DNA from: a virus
Lineage: Duplodnaviria > Heunggongvirae > Uroviricota > Caudoviricetes
Virus record (IMG/VR): IMGVR_UViG_2713896773_000003
Span: 1-20,639 of that record
Length of the DNA stretch: 20,639 nt
Direction: 5' to 3' (one strand)
This document shows, in pieces, positions 1 through 7,056 of this stretch (position 1 is its first letter; each line of letters begins with the position of its first letter). The notes beneath the pieces are model-generated. The model made no database searches. It saw only the letters and a list, made by a program, of their open reading frames with translations, and had not been told where the DNA came from. The position numbers and the translations under genes were made by a program.

Positions 1-315
1 GATGCAGATATCACTGCCTTGAACGCGCTGAACTCCGCAGCAAACCCCACTACCGTGCTGGCGCTGCTGGATGAGCTGGAGAAGATGCAGGCGCAATCGT
101 CAAAATGGTGCGAAGCCTTCCATAAAGCCGTTTCCGTTGGCGCTCGGTATGAGGAGCGGATTGCTGAACTGGAAGCGAAGCTCGATAGCGCAGATAAATT
201 GCAAGATAGCGCATTTCGTCATGGTCTTCAGCATGGCTTCAGTTTAGGTCAAACGGATAATCAGGCTGGATTTGAAGAGTGCTTATCTGCCTATGGCACC
301 GGTAAAGGAGAGTGA
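1..315 (+). CDS. Hypothetical phage early-region protein, 5' end cut by the window edge (coiled-coil, possibly Ea22-like)
   Basis: The reading frame is open from base 1 with no stop; track ORF 19..315 merely begins at the first TTG. Stop TGA 313-315. Heptad-like segments LLDELEKMQAQ and IAELEAKLDSADKLQ. The Ea22-like label is a weak recollection only. Confidence 0.45.
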   Translation, partial: DADITALNALNSAANPTTVLALLDELEKMQAQSSKWCEAFHKAVSVGARYEERIAELEAKLDSADKLQDSAFRHGLQHGFSLGQTDNQAGFEECLSAYGTGKGE

Positions 316-317
316 AT

Positions 318-590
318 GTGAAAAATTATCTCAGCAATTTAGCCAGCATGCTTCAGGGGATTGCAGGTGTCATTTCAGACGGCGAGCGGGTGCAGAAAGA
401 GTGCCCTGCGCACTTAAAGTCAGCACTACTCGAGGCTTCTCACGCGCTAGATGGTCAATCGGTCAGGGTCAATTATCCGCCTAATGGAAAGCCTGAAATT
501 GTTAATGCCCGCGGACACCATCGACCGCTTACCTTCCGGGAACGAGTGGCAATCCGCTTACTTGGTGGCAGGACGGAGATTCGCCCATGA
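318..590 (+). CDS. Hypothetical protein (about 90 aa)
   Basis: Track ORF 312..590. GTG 312 sits only 1 nt after AAGGAG (305-310), so the in-frame GTG at 318 (7-nt spacing) is the more plausible start. Start region overlaps the upstream stop; its stop overlaps ATG 587 (ATGA), suggesting translational coupling. Confidence 0.5.
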   Translation: MKNYLSNLASMLQGIAGVISDGERVQKECPAHLKSALLEASHALDGQSVRVNYPPNGKPEIVNARGHHRPLTFRERVAIRLLGGRTEIRP

Positions 591-1474
591 GCACTATTAC
601 CAGAGAACTGGCAAAGCTGTTCAGAAAAATTACGAATTCTGAAATTGATGCGGAGGGTAACGCTCATGTTGTTTTATCTCCTGCTGATAGCCTCCTGATT
701 AATAATGCGCGTATAGCACTGGCATCGCTCGAAGCAGAGCCTGTGGCGTATATGGTTGGCACGCAACTTCTGGAAAACATGACACAGGCGATTGCGTACA
801 AAGCGGATACAGCCTTGCAAATTAAGCCGCTTTACACCGCCCCGTCAGCGCCGGTATCTGTTCCTGATTTGAAACCAGTTGGCTTTTTATTCGTGTCCGA
901 TGATGGCGCAGTTGCTTATTCTCCTGCTGGCTGGCCCATGAAAGGATTTAATCTAATCGGTCCGATTTACGGTGATGTGAACGCCTGCCGCGCCGCCATG
1001 CTTCAGTCCGATGGTACCCTCACCAATGAAGGTACCATGCAGTTGTCCGGTAATTCCGAACAAATCGAACCCGTAAGTAATCGTGATGAGTTGCCGTTGG
1101 ACTATCTGCAAGGTCACAAAGACGGCCTTGAATGGGCGGCGCAACTGGCAGAAGCCAATCATCCGCAAACAGGTGACTGGTTGTACGACGACCCAATCGA
1201 TCTTGCCAGGGCGATTCGCAAAGGTCCGGATATGCCTACTGTTCAGGGTGGCAACTCTCCGGTGATTCCGGATGACGTACGCCGCATGGACTGGCTGGTA
1301 TCGAAAACCGTTGATGTTCGTGAGCCTATGGTTTACGGAAGCCATAGCCTTTTCTGGTCGCAGACCATCACGGATGAAGAGGATGATTATCACGCGACTA
1401 AATTACGCGAGCAAATCGATGCGGCTATGGCAGCTGAGCAGGCAGCATCACCGCAGCAGGAGGTGATGCCGTGA
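587..1474 (+). CDS. Hypothetical phage protein (295 aa), no motif recognised
   Basis: Long ORF with ATG start overlapping the upstream stop (ATGA); GGAG about 9 nt upstream; same strand and packing as neighbours. The antisense ORF 953..1393 is treated as spurious. Confidence 0.6.
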   Translation: MSTITRELAKLFRKITNSEIDAEGNAHVVLSPADSLLINNARIALASLEAEPVAYMVGTQLLENMTQAIAYKADTALQIKPLYTAPSAPVSVPDLKPVGFLFVSDDGAVAYSPAGWPMKGFNLIGPIYGDVNACRAAMLQSDGTLTNEGTMQLSGNSEQIEPVSNRDELPLDYLQGHKDGLEWAAQLAEANHPQTGDWLYDDPIDLARAIRKGPDMPTVQGGNSPVIPDDVRRMDWLVSKTVDVREPMVYGSHSLFWSQTITDEEDDYHATKLREQIDAAMAAEQAASPQQEVMP

Positions 1475-1653
1475 ACCGAAAATTCTGGCTGCTGTATCTT
1501 TTGATTGTCGCATCAGTCTGCGTCTTTGTAGCTGGCTTTGAATTTAACCTCATTGCATTTTCTGTTGTGGGGCTATTCGGAATATTCATTTCCGGGATTG
1601 TAATTGGCGACCACGGAGGAAGGTTAGGATATTTCGGGGGTGATGATGCCTAA
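1471..1653 (+). CDS. Small membrane protein (60 aa, two hydrophobic helices)
   Basis: GTG start overlapping the upstream stop (GTGA), preceded by GGAGG (1458-1462) at 8-nt spacing. Sequence FWLLYLLIVASVCVFVAGF ... FSVVGLFGIFISGIVIG gives two TM-like segments. Confidence 0.55.
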   Translation: MNRKFWLLYLLIVASVCVFVAGFEFNLIAFSVVGLFGIFISGIVIGDHGGRLGYFGGDDA

Positions 1654-1719
1654 CCCATTCGACGCATAACTAAACGTCAAGCAACGTTTGATAAAACACT
1701 ATCAACGAGCCATAATAAA

Positions 1720-1749
1720 TCTGCCAGCGGCCTGAACAACCCTGGCAGA
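1720..1749 (+). terminator. Stem-loop in the 213-bp gap upstream of ninB (possible tR2-like terminator or attenuator)
   Basis: Perfect 8-bp inverted repeat TCTGCCAG (1720-1727) / CTGGCAGA (1742-1749) with a 14-nt loop, followed by CTTCTTCGCATTT, which is not a clean U-tract. The position matches where lambda carries tR2, just before ninB. Confidence 0.3.
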
Positions 1750-1866
1750 CTTCTTCGCATTTAAGGGGACTTAAATGCGACCACAATCTGAACTCCTCAC
1801 CTTGTCACAGATGCAGAAATGCACCTGCGATTTTCTGCATTCTACGTTACCTCTCGGAGGTGGCGT

Positions 1867-2304
1867 ATGAAACAGCCTGTTTTCTACCTCCGCGACGAAC
1901 GCGTTCGCGATAACCTCATCGACTACATCAGGAAGCTGCCTGTTAACGACGCTCTGCCGCTCGTGGTGAAGTTTTCTGAGGCTGACCGCACTCTCGCCCA
2001 AAACGACCTCTTCCACGCTCTTTGTGGCGATACAGCGAAGCAATTGCAATGGGCTGGCAAGTCGCGCGACCTCGCTTCATGGAAAGTCCTGTATGTCTCA
2101 GGCCATGCCATTGCCACCGGTAAGCCTGGTGAAGTGGTGCCGGGTCTGGAAGGGGAGTTCTGCGCCATCCGGGAAAGCACTGCGAAGATGGGCATCCGTC
2201 GCATGACCAGTCTCATCGAATACAGCCAGGCATTTGCTGTGCAAAACGGCGTGCAACTCCGTGAAGTTCGCTACTCAGGTGATTACTTCGGGAGGGTTGC
2301 GTAA
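1867..2304 (+). CDS. ninB: NinB recombination protein (lambda NinB/Orf family)
   Basis: Track ORF 1819..2304. The internal ATG 1867 has GGAGG (1856-1860) at 6-nt spacing and gives 146 aa, the lambda NinB length. Motifs LAQNDLFHALCGD, SWKVLYVSG and ESTAKMGIRRMTSLIEYSQAF match my memory of the lambda NinB pattern (DQN...W...G, SWK, S.SRM). Confidence 0.85.
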   Translation: MKQPVFYLRDERVRDNLIDYIRKLPVNDALPLVVKFSEADRTLAQNDLFHALCGDTAKQLQWAGKSRDLASWKVLYVSGHAIATGKPGEVVPGLEGEFCAIRESTAKMGIRRMTSLIEYSQAFAVQNGVQLREVRYSGDYFGRVA

Positions 2305-2474
2305 TGGCTAGCCCTCTCGCTCGCATCATCACCAACGAAATCTACCGGGTCCGGACACGCACTAAGCGCAAGCCAGCGGTTAAGCCGTCCGACATCCCGA
2401 CCCTGAAAGACTACACCGCCCGCCTGGTGGATCAGAAATGGCTGCGTCTCGCGGCGAGGAGGCGCCATGTGTAA
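2304..2474 (+). CDS. ninE: NinE-like small protein (56 aa)
   Basis: Not in the ORF track (below 60 aa). ATG 2304 overlaps the ninB stop TAA by 1 nt; GGAGG 2291-2295 upstream. Translation MASPLARIITNEIYRVRTRTKRKPAVKPSDIPTLKDYTARLVDQKWLRLAARRRHV resembles my recollection of lambda NinE (RNKRKP...WLRHRARK). The 3' end overlaps the ninG start by 8 nt. Confidence 0.6.
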   Translation: MASPLARIITNEIYRVRTRTKRKPAVKPSDIPTLKDYTARLVDQKWLRLAARRRHV

Positions 2475-3114
2475 ACCATCCCGCCGTAAGTGCAAAGTAT
2501 GCGGTGAATACTTCGTGCCGAAATTCCACGACATCCGGATCCGCTGGTGCTGCCCGGAACACGGCGCAATCCTCGCAATGGAAGAGCGTGAAAAGGAGAA
2601 GGTGAAAGCCGAGGCTAAGCGCATCAGGGAGCAGAAGGAAGCCGAGAAGGAAGGGCGCAAGCGCCGTAAGGCCAAGCGCGAGTCACTCAAGTCAAAATCT
2701 CAGTGGGATAAAGAGGCTCAATCGGCCTTTAACCGCTACATCCGGATCCGCGATGAAGGTAAGCCATGTGTCAGTTGCGGCAATCCACTCATCGGCAAAA
2801 GCAATTACCTGACTGGCAGCGCCATTGACGCCAGCCATTACCGTTCACGTGGCGCTGCCTCACACCTCAAATTCAACGTGTTTAACGTCCACTCCGCTTG
2901 CACCCGCTGTAACCGGCAGTTGAGCGGTAATGCTGTCGAGTACCGGATCCGCCTGATTCATCGCATTGGCCTTAAGCGCGTAGAGCGGCTCGAAGCTGAC
3001 AATGCCCCACGCCGGTTTGACGTTACCTACCTGAAGCGCGTGAAAGCAATTTTTTCCCGCAGGGCCAATGCACTGATGAAGCGCCGTCAAAAACTACAGG
3101 AGAGTGCAGCATGA
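2467..3114 (+). CDS. ninG: NinG/Rap-like recombination protein (Holliday-junction and branched-DNA endonuclease family)
   Basis: GAGGAGG (2454-2460) 6 nt before ATG. Cysteine and histidine motifs CKVCGEYF, WCCPEHG, CVSCG, DASHYRSRG and CTRCNRQLSGNAVEYRIRLI follow the lambda NinG/Rap pattern as I recall it. Lysine and glutamate-rich basic linker in the middle. Confidence 0.85.
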   Translation: MCKPSRRKCKVCGEYFVPKFHDIRIRWCCPEHGAILAMEEREKEKVKAEAKRIREQKEAEKEGRKRRKAKRESLKSKSQWDKEAQSAFNRYIRIRDEGKPCVSCGNPLIGKSNYLTGSAIDASHYRSRGAASHLKFNVFNVHSACTRCNRQLSGNAVEYRIRLIHRIGLKRVERLEADNAPRRFDVTYLKRVKAIFSRRANALMKRRQKLQESAA

Positions 3115-3752
3115 AATGCAAAGTTGAAGGTTGTGAGCGTGAATGCAAACACTACCCAGGAAAGGGTATCTGTCAAATGCACTACTTCCGAATGATGCGC
3201 TACGGGACCTACGAACTCACAAAAAATGGTAAAGGGAAATTCAGGCATAAAAATGCGAAGGGATATCAAATGCTCAAAATTCCTGATCATCCACTATCAA
3301 TGGCGAATGGCTGCGTTTATGAGCACCGAAAAGTTGTTTACGACCGCTATGGAGAAACACTTCCACCATGCGAAAAATGCGGCAAGAAGGTCACATGGAA
3401 AACCGCGCATATTGATCACATTGATGAGGTTGTTGATAACAATGCGGACTCAAATCTTAGGGTGCTTTGCCGAGCGTGTAATGTCATGCGATCTCGAGTG
3501 CATATCCCTGAGCACACAAAAAAAGGACGCACAGCCATAACTTTCAATGGCGAAACGAAAACCGCCACAGAATGGTCAAGGGACCATCGCGTTTCAGTAT
3601 CAGAAACATCCATCAAGCGTCGACTAAAAAATGGAATGAATGTAGAGGATGCGCTTTTTTCTCCCAAAGTAACCCACAGGCATACCAGGCCAAGAGGAAG
3701 AACACCTCTGTATGGTGAATATCGCGGACCAAAGCAGAAGGAGTCAGCATGA
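3111..3752 (+). CDS. HNH homing-type endonuclease with an N-terminal Cys/His cluster and a C-terminal DNA-binding-like region
   Basis: ATG overlaps the ninG stop (ATGA). Cys/His cluster CERECKHY...CQMHY. HNH core EHRKVVYDRYGETLPPCEKCGKKVTWKTAHIDHIDEVVDNNADSNLRVLCRACN (His, Asn, His with flanking CxxC pairs). Codon and base composition are visibly more AT-rich than the flanking nin genes. Confidence 0.8.
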   Translation: MKCKVEGCERECKHYPGKGICQMHYFRMMRYGTYELTKNGKGKFRHKNAKGYQMLKIPDHPLSMANGCVYEHRKVVYDRYGETLPPCEKCGKKVTWKTAHIDHIDEVVDNNADSNLRVLCRACNVMRSRVHIPEHTKKGRTAITFNGETKTATEWSRDHRVSVSETSIKRRLKNGMNVEDALFSPKVTHRHTRPRGRTPLYGEYRGPKQKESA

Positions 3753-3865
3753 ACCACACCGACTTCCTCCGGTACCAGGCCGAAAGCGTTAAGCGCGCCT
3801 ACCTGCCGCCAGTAGCAAAGCACAGCCAGACCAAAACCCACCAGCCACAGAAGGAAGCCGCATAA
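3749..3865 (+). CDS. Possible very small ORF (38 aa) coupled between the HNH gene and the Q-like gene
   Basis: ATG 3749 overlaps the HNH stop (ATGA); its stop TAA 3863-3865 overlaps ATG 3865 of the next gene (TAATG). No motif recognised. The overlaps suggest translational coupling, but such a short ORF could be chance. Confidence 0.3.
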   Translation: MNHTDFLRYQAESVKRAYLPPVAKHSQTKTHQPQKEAA

Positions 3866-4674
3866 TGAACCTCGAATCAATCGCTAAATACTTTGCGCCT
3901 AAATCACCGATGTTCAGTGACTCTCCTCGCGCAACCGCATCAGACAGTCTCACCGGCACTGACGTTATGGCGGCGCTTGGCCTTGCTGGCCACAAGTGCG
4001 GGTTTGGTTTCGATCTTTACCTCTCGAAAATCGGCATTAGCAGCCCAGATATAGCACTGGAGAGACTCTATGAGCAGGCACGTAAGTTATCAGGTAAATT
4101 CAGAGCACTGTCTGAACTCGATGAATCAGCTCGGTCAGGCGTGCTTAAGGTTCTCTGCGCTTTTGCATACCAGGATTATTCAAGAAGTGCTGCCAGCACT
4201 CGAAAATGTGATTGCTGTGATGGTGGCGGATTTACAGAGGCGCAAGTGTTTACCAACAAGGTCTCATACCCATGGGGGAAACCGCCTTACTGGTCGAAAA
4301 TGTCGCGTGCCGTTCGCCCAAGCGACTGGGAGAGCTGGACACAGGCGCGTGAGGTGGTGCGAGTTAAGTGCAAGCCGTGTAACGGAAAAGGCGTTATCAG
4401 CAATTCGTGTCGCTGCCATGGCAAAGGTAAGGTGCTGGACAAGGCAGAAAGCGATCGCCAGGGCGTTCCAGTAATGAAAGCCTGCGACCGCTGCGGTGGT
4501 AGAGGTTACGCCAGGCTTAAGTTCTCAACGGTAATTGAGGGCGTTAATACTGTTGCGGAGATAAAGAAAACGGCGGCATATGAGCAACTTCAGCCGCTAT
4601 TTGAGGAGTTGGTCGCCGAATGCCATAAACAGGAGTCTATGGCTGATTCCATTCTCTCAAAAGTAACGAGATGA
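3865..4674 (+). CDS. Putative late-gene antitermination protein Q-like, with four CxxCxGxG zinc-finger-like repeats
   Basis: Last gene before a long non-coding region containing promoter and terminators and the lysis cassette, which is the canonical Q position. Repeats CDCCDGGG, CKPCNGKG, CRCHGKG and CDRCGGRG suggest zinc binding. Family assignment is by position and from memory that some Q-type antiterminators are zinc-binding. Confidence 0.55.
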   Translation: MNLESIAKYFAPKSPMFSDSPRATASDSLTGTDVMAALGLAGHKCGFGFDLYLSKIGISSPDIALERLYEQARKLSGKFRALSELDESARSGVLKVLCAFAYQDYSRSAASTRKCDCCDGGGFTEAQVFTNKVSYPWGKPPYWSKMSRAVRPSDWESWTQAREVVRVKCKPCNGKGVISNSCRCHGKGKVLDKAESDRQGVPVMKACDRCGGRGYARLKFSTVIEGVNTVAEIKKTAAYEQLQPLFEELVAECHKQESMADSILSKVTR

Positions 4675-4716
4675 AAATAATTTTCCCTAATGTTGAAAAT
4701 ATATAGGAAATAGGTA

Positions 4717-4745
4717 TTGCATTTCGCGGAAAAACTGGATAGATT
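4717..4745 (+). promoter_or_regulatory. Candidate sigma70 late promoter (PR'-like): -35 TTGCAT, 17-bp spacer, -10 TAGATT
   Basis: TTGCAT at 4717-4722 and TAGATT at 4740-4745 with exactly 17 bp between, 40 bp downstream of the Q-like stop and about 50 bp upstream of the first terminator hairpin. This geometry fits a short PR'-to-tR' leader on which Q would act. Confidence 0.4.
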
Positions 4746-4796
4746 CATCTCTAACGCTGGGAATCCGTTCAGTCGTTCCGAAGCCAAAAAAATTCA

Positions 4797-4826
4797 AGCC
4801 CGAGGTTAACGCCTTGGGCTTTTTTT
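4797..4826 (+). terminator. Rho-independent terminator (tR'-like)
   Basis: Stem AGCCCGAGG (4797-4805) / CCTTGGGCT (4812-4820): 9 bp with one G-U pair, loop TTAACG, followed by a run of T at 4820-4826. Confidence 0.6.
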
Positions 4827-5088
4827 ATTTCTTTGTGGCCTAAATCGCTTCGAGCCAAAAAAACGCGGAGAACGACATCACCCCTCTCCGCAATAACGAC
4901 TCAATCTCATACCCGCTTGTCTTTCTTTTATCCACAAAGAGGTAAAGCCATAACTTAGTGGAAATGGTAACAGCTAAAAACTATTTGAAAAGCTAATTAT
5001 TTTTTGCATCAACTGGCTATTCTTAAGGATTGTTTAATTTTTTGCTTTCCTAGCGAGAAAGAAGCTCCGGAAACTATCAATCAATACA

Positions 5089-5113
5089 AGGCTGCCGTTC
5101 GGCGGCCTTTTTT
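5089..5113 (+). terminator. Second rho-independent terminator upstream of the lysis genes
   Basis: Stem AGGCTGCC (5089-5096) / GGCGGCCT (5101-5108): 8 bp with one G-U pair, loop GTTC, T-run 5108-5113. It sits 40 bp before the holin start. Confidence 0.6.
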
Positions 5114-5152
5114 ATTCCTAGCAACAGCACTCGCACAAAGCGAGGTGAGAGT

Positions 5153-5377
5153 ATGTATCGCATGGACAAACTAACCACTGGTGCTGCCTATGGCGCTTCA
5201 GCCGGGAGCATCCTAAACGGCATGTTGAATGCCTACAGCCCCGAGCAGTGGAACGCTATCGGCGTGCTGGTGGGTATCATCATTGCCGTAATGACGTATC
5301 TGACAAATCTCTATTTCAAAATCCGCGAAGACAACCGCCGCAGCAGGAGCCGAGATGAACCCAACGTTGAGGAATAA
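5153..5377 (+). CDS. S: Class II holin, phage-21 S-like pinholin, with dual start (Met1 and Met4)
   Basis: GAGGTGAGAG upstream. N-terminus MYRMDK gives two in-frame starts differing by a positive charge, the holin/antiholin arrangement. Two TM segments. C-terminus [17 protein letters not shown] matches my memory of phage 21 S ([14 protein letters not shown]). 3' end overlaps the endolysin start. Confidence 0.85.
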   Translation: MYRMDKLTTGAAYGASAGSILNGMLNAYSPEQWNAIGVLVGIIIAVMTYLTNLYFKIREDNRRSRSRDEPNVEE

Positions 5378-5849
5378 GCTGGTGGGTGCCATTGTTGGCG
5401 GATCAGGGGCAATCACTATTGCTGCAGTAATGCTGGGCAATGCGGATGGACTCGAAGGTCGGCGTTATTACGCCTATCAGGATGTGGTCGGCGTCTGGAC
5501 CGTTTGCGATGGGCACACTGGTACCGACATTCGCCGCGGTCACCGATATACCGACAAAGAGTGTGACAACCTGCTTAAGGCAGATCTGCGAAAGGTGGCA
5601 AGCGCCATCGACCCGCTGATCAAGGTTCGCATCCCTGAGCCAACCCGCGCCGCGCTTTACTCCTTCACCTATAACGTTGGCTCTGGTGCTTTTGCCAGCT
5701 CGACGCTGCTGAAGAAGCTGAACTCCGGTGATGTTCCGGGTGCGTGTAAAGAACTGCAGCGCTGGACTTATGCTGGCGGCAAGCAGTGGAAGGGGCTGAT
5801 CACCCGGCGCGAGATTGAGCGTGAAGTCTGCGAGTGGGGCCAGAAATGA
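5355..5849 (+). CDS. R: SAR endolysin (T4-lysozyme-like muramidase with N-terminal signal-anchor-release domain), phage-21 R-like
   Basis: Glycine and alanine-rich weakly hydrophobic N-terminus [20 protein letters not shown] (SAR domain). Catalytic E-x8-D-x5-T arrangement in [17 protein letters not shown]. Conserved [26 protein letters not shown] tail. Overlaps holin 3' end and Rz start. Confidence 0.9.
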   Translation: MNPTLRNKLVGAIVGGSGAITIAAVMLGNADGLEGRRYYAYQDVVGVWTVCDGHTGTDIRRGHRYTDKECDNLLKADLRKVASAIDPLIKVRIPEPTRAALYSFTYNVGSGAFASSTLLKKLNSGDVPGACKELQRWTYAGGKQWKGLITRREIEREVCEWGQK

Positions 5850-6310
5850 GCCGATTAACCGCAATCATCTGCGCTGTCGTTATCTGCCTGCTGGTTTCCA
5901 TGGCCTGGGCCATTAACCACTACCGCGACAACGCCATCACCTACAAAGACCAGCGCGATAAAGCCACAAAGAACCTCCGCCTGGCTAATGCCACCATCAA
6001 AGATATGCAGACCCGCCAGCGTGATGTCGCTGCACTGGATGCCAAATACACGAAGGAATTGTCCGATGCGAAAAAGACCATTAACGATTTGCGTCGTGAT
6101 GTCGATTCTGGCGCTAAACGGCTGCGCATCGCCGCAACCTGCCCTGGAGTGCCAAAAGCCACCTCCTCCACCGGCGTGGATGATGCAGGAGCCCCCGAAC
6201 TTACTCCAGACGCTCGACGGAATTATTTCGATCACCGGGACGGAATCGCAACCGCTGACAAAATGATTCGCGGCATGCAGGACTACATCAAAGAGCAGTG
6301 TCTTAAGTGA
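5846..6310 (+). CDS. Rz: Rz i-spanin (inner-membrane spanin subunit)
   Basis: ATG 5846 overlaps the endolysin stop (ATGA); the track start at 5834 is an upstream GTG. N-terminal TM helix [20 protein letters not shown] followed by a charged coiled-coil periplasmic domain. Rz1 is embedded in the +1 frame. Confidence 0.8.
   Translation: MSRLTAIICAVVICLLVSMAWAINHYRDNAITYKDQRDKATKNLRLANATIKDMQTRQRDVAALDAKYTKELSDAKKTINDLRRDVDSGAKRLRIAATCPGVPKATSSTGVDDAGAPELTPDARRNYFDHRDGIATADKMIRGMQDYIKEQCLK
6066..6266 (+). CDS. Rz1: Rz1 o-spanin (outer-membrane lipoprotein), fully embedded in Rz in another frame
   Basis: Within track ORF 5988..6266. ATG 6066 is preceded by AAGGAA. Signal peptide with lipobox LALNGC, then the proline-rich stretch [14 protein letters not shown], nearly identical to the lambda Rz1 motif [14 protein letters not shown] as I recall it. 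66 aa. Confidence 0.8.
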   Translation: MRKRPLTICVVMSILALNGCASPQPALECQKPPPPPAWMMQEPPNLLQTLDGIISITGTESQPLTK

Positions 6311-6329
6311 TTCGTCACCCAAATAACAG

Positions 6330-6354
6330 AGCCTGACTTCGGTCGGGCTTTTTT
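6330..6354 (+). terminator. Rho-independent terminator after the lysis cassette
   Basis: Stem AGCCTGAC (6330-6337) / GTCGGGCT (6342-6349): 8 bp with one G-U pair, UUCG tetraloop, T-run 6349-6354, 20 bp after the Rz stop. Confidence 0.65.
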
Positions 6355-6381
6355 ATTCCCAGAAGAAGCAGGAGAAGAAGC

Positions 6382-6582
6382 ATGTTAACAGTAAAAGTAA
6401 TGTCGCCAGGTGGCGGTGAAGAGATTCATTGCGGGTTGAGTGTAGGGTTCAATCCGGGGCAGCAGAGCATCGCGGTATCGGGAATGGACAAAAATGTATT
6501 CCTGAAACCTGGCGAGGTCGCCTACGTGATGAACCAGAACGGGAAGACGGTATCTCGTTACGAGCATAATGACCGCCAGTAG
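6382..6582 (+). CDS. Hypothetical small protein (66 aa), function unknown
   Basis: GGAG (6371-6374) 7 nt before ATG 6382, in a purine-rich leader. Glycine-rich, probably beta-rich small protein; no motif recognised. First gene of a three-gene set between the lysis terminator and the terminase. Confidence 0.55.
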   Translation: MLTVKVMSPGGGEEIHCGLSVGFNPGQQSIAVSGMDKNVFLKPGEVAYVMNQNGKTVSRYEHNDRQ

Positions 6583-6681
6583 CCATTCCAAAGCTCACCT
6601 GCTGGTGGGCTTGATAATGGATATCCCCCTGAGCGGATAAATCAAAAATAACCCCTGCAACGGATAATGACGGAGCAACAG

Positions 6682-7053
6682 ATGGCAAAAGCCAAATGGC
6701 ACAAACTCCCGGCGTTCACCATTCCGCTGTTTCAAAGTGCACACGTCTACCTCGCAACAACCAGAGAACAGTTTCAGCACGCTGATAAATTCCTTGGCGG
6801 CAGCGGGGATGAGAAGCCATTCAATCTTGGGATTGCAAGCAACTATGAAAACACTGATACGGGAGAGCGAGTTTACCTGATTGGAGTATTCGATCAGCAG
6901 ATATCAACTCTCGTTCACGAATGCGCTCACGTATGTTTTTACGTCTGCTCTGATGTGGGCGTAACGACCAATCCGGAAGACGCAAACGAAACCTACTGCT
7001 ATCTGCTCGACAGAATGTTTTCGGCATTTTTGCCGTATATAAAACAGGATTAA
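6682..7053 (+). CDS. Hypothetical protein with HExxH motif (HECAH), possible small zinc-metallopeptidase-like protein
   Basis: Track ORF 6667..7053. ATG 6682 has GGAG (6672-6675) at 6-nt spacing, whereas ATG 6667 lacks a spaced RBS. Motif TLVHECAHV with a Glu about 19 residues downstream (PEDANE), a gluzincin-like arrangement. Only a 3-nt gap to the next gene. Confidence 0.55.
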   Translation: MAKAKWHKLPAFTIPLFQSAHVYLATTREQFQHADKFLGGSGDEKPFNLGIASNYENTDTGERVYLIGVFDQQISTLVHECAHVCFYVCSDVGVTTNPEDANETYCYLLDRMFSAFLPYIKQD

Positions 7054-7056
7054 CTC

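Noticed and set aside
953-1393. A 146-aa minus-strand ORF inside the 295-aa gene
   Set aside because: Fully embedded antisense in a + strand gene that is translationally coupled to its neighbours; no independent support.
1819-1866. Upstream ATG 1819 as the ninB start
   Set aside because: The internal ATG 1867 has a well-spaced GGAGG and gives the 146-aa length expected for NinB; the 16-codon extension has no RBS.
3416-3880. A 154-aa minus-strand ORF spanning the HNH to Q junction
   Set aside because: Antisense to two well-supported + strand genes and their coupled junction; no motif.
5004-5026. A second promoter (TTGCAT near 5004 with TATTCT near 5018) ahead of the holin
   Set aside because: Spacer of only about 8 bp between the candidate -35 and -10 elements; no properly spaced alternative found.
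4830-5088. A possible tRNA gene between the Q-like gene and the holin, as seen in some lambdoid phages
   Set aside because: No T-loop-like GTTCGAATC motif or cloverleaf-compatible arrangement seen by eye. The region is AT-rich with simple hairpins, so it is reported only as a possible structured RNA.
6583-6666. Hairpin GCTCACC-TGCT-GGTGGGC after the 66-aa gene as a terminator
   Set aside because: The stem is followed by TTGATAATGG rather than a U-tract, so it is not a convincing intrinsic terminator.
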